Origin: Microcoleus sp. S13_C3
GTDB lineage: Bacteria > Cyanobacteriota > Cyanobacteriia > Cyanobacteriales > Microcoleaceae
Length of the DNA: 8,346 nt
Direction: 5' to 3' (one strand)
NCBI GenBank assembly: GCA_036700905.1
Contig: JAUBPT010000012.1
Shown here one piece after another: positions 1 to 6,058 of the stretch; the first letter of the stretch is position 1, and each line of letters starts with the position of its first letter. The notes beneath the pieces are model-generated. The model had not been told where the DNA came from and ran no database searches. It saw only the letters and a program-made list of their open reading frames with translations. The position numbers and the translations under genes are program-made.

Positions 1-145
1 TTTTGGATAAAATTAAGTTTAACAAGTCGCCCAAATCTTGGGCGCTCGACAGAGCCGCGCCAATATCTAAAAGCTTTTCTATCAGATGGGTTTTTTCTGC
101 CGCTGCAGACTCGTTCTTGAACTCTGGCTTTTCAAATACGATCAT
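1..145 (-). CDS. N-terminal 48 aa of a GAF-domain-like signalling protein; the gene continues past the left window edge
   Basis: This ORF is not in the supplied track because it runs off the window. Reading the reverse complement from ATG at 145..143 gives MIVFEKPEFKNESAAAEKTHLIEKLLDIGAALSSAQDLGDLLNLILSK, with no stop down to position 1. The LLDIGAALSS-QDL--LL-LILSK stretch resembles the first helix of GAF domains in bacterial signalling proteins. That resemblance is from memory, not a search. There is no obvious SD. Confidence 0.45.
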   Translation of the reverse strand, partial: MIVFEKPEFKNESAAAEKTHLIEKLLDIGAALSSAQDLGDLLNLILSK

Positions 146-286
146 GGTCGGATGATGGGGAATAGCCTTTTATACATTGAACGTTTGGCCTCTCGACTTT
201 TTAGCACCCGATTCTCACCCCCAGTCGATTTTTTATTGGCCAGCTTTCCGCGAGCGGGGCCTGTTGTTGCCCCAACGGACACTCTT

Positions 287-568
287 TTAATCTAGCGTAG
301 AAATCTCTTGGGCTAGCGCAAAGTCTTTCTCAGTTAAGCCTCCGGCATCGTGAGTTGTCAAGTTAAGTGTAACTTTATTATAGGAAATTTCTATATCGGG
401 GTGATGTGCTGCGGCTTCTGAGGGGGCGACCAACTTATTTACAAAGGCGATCGCTTCTATAAAATCTTTAAATACACGGGTAGAGCGCAGTTGTTTGCCT
501 TCAACCGTCCAGCCTGACAATTGACTGGCGCGCTCTTGAATTTCAGTATTGTTAAGTAGGTCAGCCAT
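287..568 (-). CDS. phhB: Pterin-4-alpha-carbinolamine dehydratase (PCD/DCoH family, 93 aa)
   Basis: The size (93 aa) and the full canonical PCD signature [DE]-x3-H-H-P-x5-[YW]-x9-H-x8-D are present as E-AAA-HHP-DIEIS-Y-NKVTLNLTT-H-DAGGLTEK-D. The N-terminal LSGW-V motif typical of the family is also there. Confidence 0.9.
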   Translation of the reverse strand: MADLLNNTEIQERASQLSGWTVEGKQLRSTRVFKDFIEAIAFVNKLVAPSEAAAHHPDIEISYNKVTLNLTTHDAGGLTEKDFALAQEISTLD

Positions 569-639
569 AATTTATTTTACTTTGGGATTAGCAATGGCAG
601 ATTAATAGCCCACCTGCGGAAAATCCTACCAAAAACTAT

Positions 640-710
640 CCGCTCTCACCAATAGCGTTTAGTCTCAAGTTTTAATACTCAAGATTTAACACTATTTGAG
701 GTGAGAGCGG
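640..710 (-). terminator. Long hairpin followed by a U5 tract on the minus strand; possible intrinsic terminator or attenuator upstream of the PCD gene
   Basis: CCGCTCTCACC (640-650) pairs perfectly with GGTGAGAGCGG (700-710). The stem is extended by AATAG/CTATT after a 3-nt bulge. On the minus strand the stem is followed by ATAGTTTTTGG (639-629). The U-run starts 4 nt after the stem, so this is not a textbook terminator. Confidence 0.35.
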
Positions 711-716
711 TCTAGC

Positions 717-859
717 GGGTCTTCAGATTAGAACCTGACTGCCGGGAGAATCCCTAGCTCAGCCTGGTTCCCCGTGGAAGTCGTTTCCCGTTGGAGACGA
801 CGGCTGACTGCTAGTGAGCGGCCCCGGCGCACAGCCGGTAGTTTCCAATCTGATGACCC
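717..859 (-). promoter_or_regulatory. Candidate structured RNA element (143 nt, multi-helix, closed by a 12-bp helix); family not recognised and strand tentative
   Basis: The closing helix is GGGTC-t-TCAGATT (717-729) with AATCTGA-t-GACCC (847-859), 5+7 bp around one mismatch. Internal hairpins are 780-801 (GTCGT-t-TCC/GGA-g-ACGAC, loop CGTT), 824-838 (CCGGC/GCCGG) and 744-754 (GGGA/TCCC). The GC-rich content contrasts with the AT-rich flanks. The element sits between an SD-led micro-ORF and the 640-710 hairpin, upstream of the PCD gene on the minus strand. Confidence 0.3.
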
Positions 860-1293
860 ATGCGTTTACTACTTTCTATCATGGGCATCACCTCCAGGTT
901 TAGCTAAATGGCTTAATATTGGAACGCACATCACCTAAATACAAGATTTAAGGTGATGATTTGTGCGCTAGCCATTGCCAGCGTTACCGAAAGAACTTGC
1001 GTTCTGAGTATCATTCCAGTAGTCACAATTATCAGAATAACACAAGGAATTAGAAGTGGGGGGATGCAAATTGAGATTTTTGCAATATCGGGGGAAATTA
1101 CTGCTGCAGCAAGGTCTTTTATCGATCTCTACAGCAAGCGGGCGATCGTAGTTTGAGCCATTTGCCCATATGTTCTTCAGTATCCGGGCTGTGCGGTTAT
1201 CAGGTGCATGGCCACTCTGGGGGCTGGGAAAGGCCGATCGATTTCTTGCCAGATAGGGGATGAGAATTAAATAAAATCCACTTTTCATGACTG

Positions 1294-1350
1294 TTGTGGG
1301 ATGGGCGTCCGGCCCGCCCAGAAAGGACGGGCCGGACGCCCATCCCACAA
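1294..1350. repeat. Perfect 23-bp GC-rich inverted repeat (hairpin) with an 11-nt loop
   Basis: TTGTGGGATGGGCGTCCGGCCCG (1294-1316) is the exact reverse complement of CGGGCCGGACGCCCATCCCACAA (1328-1350), with loop CCCAGAAAGGA. There is no adjacent T-tract on either strand. Confidence 0.85.
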
Positions 1351-1431
1351 GAAAAAAGGGAAATTATTTAATTGAGGATCCTAGGAAACTTCACCAGATA
1401 TAGAGACACAAGTTGTTTTAGCTACAGGCAG

Positions 1432-1462
1432 AGTTGGTTTTTGTACAAAATCAACTTTTTTT
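1432..1462 (+). terminator. Rho-independent terminator-like hairpin plus T6 on the plus strand, with no annotated upstream gene
   Basis: AGTTGGTTTT (1432-1441) pairs with AAAATCAACT (1447-1456), 10 bp including one G-U, with loop TGTAC. It is followed immediately by TTTTTT (1457-1462). The stem is AT-rich, so confidence is only moderate. Confidence 0.45.
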
Positions 1463-1492
1463 AGGGCGCTAATTCGATCAAATCCGGGAAAC

Positions 1493-1524
1493 AAAAAGCT
1501 CCCGCCACAAGACAGGAGCTTTTT
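1493..1524 (-). terminator. psbD intrinsic terminator (symmetric and potentially bidirectional)
   Basis: AAAAAGCTCC (1493-1502) pairs with GGAGCTTTTT (1515-1524) around a 12-nt loop. On the minus strand the stem runs into TTTTTGTTTCC. It lies 75 nt downstream of the psbD stop. A second 8-bp hairpin, AAGGGTAA/TTACCCTT, sits at 1532-1565. Confidence 0.7.
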
Positions 1525-1599
1525 AAGCATTAAGGGTAAAGCCTAAACAGCTTTATCTTACCCTTTTAAAATGTTGGAAATTTTGATATTTCGCGCTGA

Positions 1600-2658
1600 T
1601 TACAGAGCGTTACCGCGAGGCAGAACTTCTTCAGGGAAGATGAAGTTTTCGTGGGGTTGATCCGTAGGAGCCATCCAAGCACGAATGCCTTCGTTAAGCA
1701 GAATGTTCTTAGTGTAGAACGTTTCAAACTCAGGATCTTCAGCAGCGCGCAATTCTTGGGATACAAAGTCATAGGCGCGCAAGTTTAATGCTAAACCGAC
1801 GATGCCAATGGAGCTCATCCACAAGCCTGTGACAGGTACGAACAGCATGAAGAAGTGCAACCAGCGCTTGTTGGAGAAGGCAATTCCGAAGATTTGCGAC
1901 CAAAAGCGGTTAGCTGTAACCATCGAGTAGGTTTCTTCTGACTGAGTTGGGTTGAAGGCGCGGAAGGTGTTTGAGCCTTCGCCGTCTTCAAACAAGGTGT
2001 TTTCTACGGTTGCACCGTGGATAGCGCACAACAGCGCGCCGCCCAAGATGCCTGCAACGCCCATCATGTGGAAGGGGTTGAGCGTCCAGTTGTGGAAGCC
2101 TTGCAGGAATAGCAAAAAGCGGAAAATTGCTGCGACGCCGAAACTGGGGGCGAAGAACCAGCCTGATTGACCCAAGGGGTAAAGCAGGAACACCGAAACA
2201 AACACGGCGATGGGGCCGGTGAATGCTAGGGCGTTGTAGGGACGGATGCCGACTAAACGGGCGATTTCAATCTGACGCAGGCAAAAGCCGATCAGCGCAA
2301 AAGCGCCGTGGAGGGCAACGAATGTCCACAGCCCACCGAGTTGGAACCAGCGGGTGAAGTCCCACTGTGCTTCGGGGCCCCACAGGAACAGCAGGGAGTG
2401 TCCGAGGCTGTTGGCTGGGGTTGATACGGCTACGGTGAGGAAGTTGGCTCCTTCGAGGTAGGAGCTTGCCAAACCGTGGGTGTACCAGGATGTGACGAAG
2501 GTGGTGCCTGTTAACCAGCCACCGATGGCTAGGTAGGCGCAGGGGAATAGCAGGATGCCAGACCAGCCTACGAAGACGAAGCGATCGCGTTTGAGCCAGT
2601 CGTCGAGGACATCAAATATGCCTCTTTCGGTCTGGGCGCGTCCGACTGCGATTGTCAT
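1600..2658 (-). CDS. psbD: Photosystem II reaction-centre protein D2 (PsbD), 352 aa, full length
   Basis: The D2 sequence is unmistakable from [38 protein letters not shown] to the canonical C-terminus [16 protein letters not shown] lies 10-13 nt upstream of the ATG. No psbC overlaps or follows the 3' end. Confidence 0.98.
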   Translation of the reverse strand: MTIAVGRAQTERGIFDVLDDWLKRDRFVFVGWSGILLFPCAYLAIGGWLTGTTFVTSWYTHGLASSYLEGANFLTVAVSTPANSLGHSLLFLWGPEAQWDFTRWFQLGGLWTFVALHGAFALIGFCLRQIEIARLVGIRPYNALAFTGPIAVFVSVFLLYPLGQSGWFFAPSFGVAAIFRFLLFLQGFHNWTLNPFHMMGVAGILGGALLCAIHGATVENTLFEDGEGSNTFRAFNPTQSEETYSMVTANRFWSQIFGIAFSNKRWLHFFMLFVPVTGLWMSSIGIVGLALNLRAYDFVSQELRAAEDPEFETFYTKNILLNEGIRAWMAPTDQPHENFIFPEEVLPRGNAL

Positions 2659-2790
2659 TTACGCAAATCTCCAAATGGATATAATTACAACGGACGTTGT
2701 TCTAGTCACAACTTCCCACCTCATAGCTCTGCTGTAGCATAAAATGAGTGGATTGTGAATATAATTTACGTTTCTTTACCGCTGATGATG

Positions 2791-2819
2791 ATTATAAAGG
2801 GAAATCTTTACAATAGCAA
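2791..2819 (-). promoter_or_regulatory. Putative sigma70-type promoter of psbD
   Basis: On the minus strand, TTGCTA (2819-2814), a 17-nt spacer and TATAAT (2796-2791). This predicts a 5' UTR of about 125 nt, which is plausible for psbD. There is no experimental support. Confidence 0.45.
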
Positions 2820-2879
2820 GAGCGAATTTTAAGTTTTGAGTAAGTTGGTCGTTCTGACGGGCAAGGCAATAGATAAACT

Positions 2880-3195
2880 GGGTTTCGGAGCGATCGGGCA
2901 ATTGCTCAAAGCCGGAAAATGATTGAGCAACCGGGTTTCTCTCTCAATCAAGTATGAGAGAATCCGGGTTTCGGAGCGATCGGGCGATCGCTCAAAGCCG
3001 GAAAATGATTGAGCAACCGGGTTTCTCTCTCAATCAAGTATGAGAGAATCCGGGTTTCGGAGCGATCGGGCGATCGCTCAAAGCCGGAAAATGATTGAGC
3101 AACCGGGTTTCTCTCTCCATCAAGTATGAGAGAAGCCGGGTTTCGGAGCGATCGGGCAATTGCTGAGCATGAAAATGATTGAGAAACCGCTGGTT
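2880..3195. repeat. Tandem array of an 86-bp unit, three full copies plus one diverged partial copy
   Basis: Copies start at 2880, 2966, 3052 and 3138, an exact 86-bp phase. Copies 1-3 differ at only 2-4 positions. Copy 4 decays after about 27 nt. Each unit holds two hairpins, TTGCTCAA-n13-TTGAGCAA and TCTCTCA-n8-TGAGAGA, two CCGGGTTTC motifs, and a HIP1 GCGATCGC site in copies 2-3. Confidence 0.92.
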
Positions 3196-3588
3196 AAAAA
3201 CTAGAGATTGCTAGCGATCGACATTTTGAGTGAATTTAGCACCCAGAGGCTAAACGACAAGCCCCCTATTCCCTCAACCTAGTGGGGAATTACTTTTTTC
3301 AATCAAAATCCGCCTCAATGATTCAACAAAAATGTTGTCTTGGCTGTCATATTCGGTAAAGAACTGCTTACGATTGGGCGTTTTACGATTTGGCGTTTGC
3401 GGTGGCTTTACCTGTAATCATTTTAGGTTAAATCCTATAGATTTAACTAGGTTTGTAACAAACTGTTACGAACCCGCAAGACTTAGGAACTGTCACAAGC
3501 GCTTTAGGGTGGTCTAGCCCCACAGCATTACCCACCAACTAAACGATAAACATCGGAACATCTGGACGTTTTAGTTGCCAACTTAAAT

Positions 3589-3714
3589 AAGCTGTGGAGC
3601 ATTTAAACCAGTAACGAGGCTAGTAGGGTGCGTCATTCGCGAACCCTTACGCTGAAACGGAAAACCTTAGATGCTGACGCACCTTACGCAAGTCCTTTAA
3701 ATGCCGAACAGCTT
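3589..3714. repeat. Nested inverted-repeat element immediately 3' of the STAND NTPase gene
   Basis: The outer arms are AAGCTGTGGAGCATTTAAA (3589-3607) and TTTAAATGCCGAACAGCTT (3696-3714), 7+9 bp around a 3x3 internal loop. The inner arms are GTAGGGTGCGTCA (3623-3635) and TGACGCACCTTAC (3675-3687), 13 bp with one G-U. The element starts 12 nt beyond the stop codon at 3726. No U-tract follows on the minus strand. Confidence 0.7.
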
Positions 3715-3725
3715 AATTGGACAGC

Positions 3726-5744
3726 TTACTCGACAGCACCTAAAGCTTTTAGCAAGGATTTTTGCCCTTGAGTTAAACCTGTAACGCCCTTGATATTCAT
3801 GCCTTCATAAATTCTTGAAGGGGAGAGATTTTTTCCATACTTATCCATTTCAACAGTTGAAAATTCAATGGTTTGTTCGCGGCCATCTCTAACTAAATTA
3901 TGACTATTTTCTATGGGTGTACTAAAAACTGATTTGGCCAAATTAGATCCAGAAAAGTTTACTTGGTACAGATTAATACCCCTCATATCTGCTTGCCAAA
4001 TAGTGATATCAGAAAAATCAGCGCCCGTTAAATCTAGTTGAAGTTGACATAATAAATTGAAGATATTACCAGCCCCATATCCGGGTGCTACACCCTGCTC
4101 TGCTAATTTAATTAAAATGTAATTGAGTTTTTCCGCTAAGTTTTCGGTGGTGTTGTACGTAACTAGGAGTCGGGAAATTAAAGGCGTAACAATGGCGCTA
4201 ATTTGATTTTTTCTGACCGACTCTTCGGCTGTAGCTTTAATCAGAGCATAGTTTTGAAGAAAAGGAAACAAGGAACAAGAGGATGTAGAACTATTGCACT
4301 CTTCTATAGTAATTTCTTGGTAGAGTTGCTCAATTATTTTTTCTGTGACATAATCTCTGATTAATGGCTGCTGAGTGAAGCCAAAAATACTTTTTTCCGG
4401 GACTTGAATTGCGGCTTTTTCAATTAGAGAGCGCCACTGGAGAGATTCTAAGCTTTCTAATAATTCTGCCTGGAAAACTGGCGGGACGATATCATTTAGA
4501 AGTTCTGTAGGCAAAACTGGTTCTCGGTTAATGGCTAACCAGTAAATAATTTGTTTCTCTATCGGAGATAAGCGATTAAATTGTTCATCTAACCAAAGGC
4601 GAATGCCATTAAAAATAGTTTCTTCTTGTTCAAAGAAATCTCGAATATTTCCCGAAAATAAATCTTGTATGGAACTCGCTGCTATTTTTAAAGCTATAGG
4701 ATTACCTTGGTAGCATTTTATTAGTTCCGCTTCTTCAGCAGGGGTTCCTATTAAAGACTTAAGTTTGAGGATTTCCTTGGCTGCGACTGGTGCTAAACCT
4801 TGCAGTTGCAAGCATCGGACGGGTAAAGTTTCTCCGGTTAAAGATGCAATTTCTCTCGCTTTTTCTCTGCTGACAATTAGCACGCAACTTTGGTGATTGG
4901 TTTCAGCAATTTGTCTCAGAAGTTGGCTGTAGTTAGAGAATCCCTCGCGGTAAGTGCCTGCATAGCTACCACTCTGGAAAAGGAAGTCTAAATCATCAAG
5001 GATAATCAGACACCGATGCTGCTGTAAATACTTGATGATAAGAGAGATGCGTTCGCCTACAGCCTGGGGTAAATCGGTAGTTTGATCCTGTGATAAAAAT
5101 TGGATAATTTTAGCTAATTCTTCGGGTAAAGGTGAACTATATTGCAGGCTTTTCCAGATGACAAATTCAAATTCACCTTGAATTTCTTCTGCTAACTTTA
5201 CCGATAAAGCAGTTTTGCCAATCCCGCCCATACCGATCAGGGTAATTAAGCGGCAACGATCTTGTAAAATCCAATGTTTAAGGGTAGCTAATTCTTGAGT
5301 ACGGCCGTAGAAAATAGAAACGTCGATCGCCTCTGATAAATTGTGGTGGGTTTTTGTTACTAAGGAAGGATTTGGGAAGGCGATCGCTTGTTCCTCTGGA
5401 TAACGTTTTAAGCCCAAAGCTTCCCAAAGGTGACAATTAGCCCAACAATCGGGCAAATTTGGTGATGTGGTTTTCGGTGTTTTATCTGGAGACGGGCGTG
5501 TACATGATTCAAGGATTGAGTGAATATTGCGTTTTGTGACTTGAGTTCCCAATGCCAGAGAAATTGTTCGCCATAATTGGGAACCGATATCTTTTAAGTA
5601 GTCGGCATCGTATCCTGATGTATCCGCCATGTTTTGATAAGACTGTCCTTGCCAAGATTGGCGGAATACTAGGTCTTGAACGTCGTTTAAGTGGCCTGGT
5701 TTGAGTAGGGTGTCTAAAATTGCTAAGGCTTCTTCGAGAGTCAT
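3726..5744 (-). CDS. STAND NTPase of the NB-ARC (AP-ATPase) type, with an N-terminal HTH-like domain and a C-terminal pentapeptide-repeat stub
   Basis: Walker A is GMGGIGKT (nt 5211-5234), preceded by FYGRTQEL. Walker B is LIILDDLD (about 4986-5009). VLIVSREK provides the sensor-I-like Arg, and GNPIALKIAA is the GxP motif. A winged-helix-like IYWLAINREPV follows. The pentapeptide-like run is DLTGADFSDITIWQADMRGINLYQVNFSGSNLAKSVF. The maximal ORF starts at GTG 5795 (689 aa). I prefer ATG 5744 (MTLEEALAILD, 672 aa) because, as I recall, related cyanobacterial proteins begin this way. Confidence 0.9.
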   Translation of the reverse strand: MTLEEALAILDTLLKPGHLNDVQDLVFRQSWQGQSYQNMADTSGYDADYLKDIGSQLWRTISLALGTQVTKRNIHSILESCTRPSPDKTPKTTSPNLPDCWANCHLWEALGLKRYPEEQAIAFPNPSLVTKTHHNLSEAIDVSIFYGRTQELATLKHWILQDRCRLITLIGMGGIGKTALSVKLAEEIQGEFEFVIWKSLQYSSPLPEELAKIIQFLSQDQTTDLPQAVGERISLIIKYLQQHRCLIILDDLDFLFQSGSYAGTYREGFSNYSQLLRQIAETNHQSCVLIVSREKAREIASLTGETLPVRCLQLQGLAPVAAKEILKLKSLIGTPAEEAELIKCYQGNPIALKIAASSIQDLFSGNIRDFFEQEETIFNGIRLWLDEQFNRLSPIEKQIIYWLAINREPVLPTELLNDIVPPVFQAELLESLESLQWRSLIEKAAIQVPEKSIFGFTQQPLIRDYVTEKIIEQLYQEITIEECNSSTSSCSLFPFLQNYALIKATAEESVRKNQISAIVTPLISRLLVTYNTTENLAEKLNYILIKLAEQGVAPGYGAGNIFNLLCQLQLDLTGADFSDITIWQADMRGINLYQVNFSGSNLAKSVFSTPIENSHNLVRDGREQTIEFSTVEMDKYGKNLSPSRIYEGMNIKGVTGLTQGQKSLLKALGAVE

Positions 5745-6058
5745 TAGCTGTGACTGTAAAACAGTGACTAAGTAATTACTCTTATAGACTATCACTTTTT
5801 CTGACTCTTGTTACTTTTTTTTACTTTAGTTATTAAATCTTCATATAAAATTCTGGCCTTTTCTGACTTTTTCCCACTGTGAGGGCTGAGGTGAGAAGGT
5901 TATTGTGTAACTACGAACTAAAGGACTCGTGAGCATAAGGTAAGTATGAAAAAAATCTGTAAATTGCCAACGATGTAACACCTTCTCTTATCACGAAAAC
6001 TTTGGAAATTAGTATCTAGTCACTAAATTAGCAACCTATCATTCAGAGAGGAACTGAA

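Noticed and set aside
86-295. 69-aa plus-strand ORF from the track
   Set aside because: It lies antisense to the GAF-like N-terminus (1-145) and runs into the PCD stop region. Its composition is Cys/Arg/Leu-rich, it has no RBS and it resembles no known family. It is most likely a shadow ORF.
751-775. tRNA-like D-arm sequence TAGCTCAGCCTGGTT
   Set aside because: The closing half of the D stem (GAGC) is missing. There is no anticodon arm and no GGTTCGAATCC-type T arm, and no acceptor pairing in tRNA geometry. It is not a tRNA or tmRNA tRNA-like domain.
953-1348. Mutually antisense ORFs 953..1156 (+, 67 aa) and 968..1348 (-, 126 aa)
   Set aside because: The first 18 codons of the minus ORF are simply the arms of the perfect 1294-1350 palindrome. 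Neither ORF has an SD. Both have odd composition (Cys/Asn/Ser-rich or irregularly hydrophobic) and neither matches a recognisable family. The other frames break up into peptides of 30 aa or fewer.
1566-2737. ORFs 1566..1772 (-), 1952..2170 (+) and 2555..2737 (+)
   Set aside because: All three overlap the unmistakable psbD reading frame in alternative or antisense frames. They are shadow ORFs of a GC-rich, highly biased gene.
2880-3195. Possible CRISPR array
   Set aside because: The whole 86-bp unit repeats, including what would have to be the spacers. There are no unique spacers, no cas genes in the window, and the unit length is wrong for a repeat plus spacer with variable content.
3456-3470. 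NtcA-like palindrome GTAACAAACTGTTAC
   Set aside because: The spacer between GTA and TAC is 9 nt rather than the required 8 (GTA-N8-TAC). No -10 box is suitably placed about 22 nt downstream.
3332-3517. 61-aa plus-strand ORF in the psbD/STAND intergenic region
   Set aside because: It is Cys/Arg/Phe-rich with no RBS. It spans a 2 x 15-bp direct repeat (3368-3397) and small hairpins. It looks like non-coding sequence read through by chance.
5745-5795. GTG start at 5795 for the STAND NTPase, giving 17 extra residues (MIVYKSNYLVTVLQSQL)
   Set aside because: The extension has no SD and is not part of the recognisable N-terminal domain. The ATG at 5744 begins MTLEEALAILD, which matches how I recall related cyanobacterial proteins starting. 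I kept it as an alternative only, since it cannot be resolved without homologue alignment or N-terminal proteomics.
5946-5978. 10-codon uORF MKKICKLPTM in the divergent intergenic region
   Set aside because: It is too short, has only a weak AAGG upstream, and there is no way to support it from sequence alone. It is probably fortuitous.
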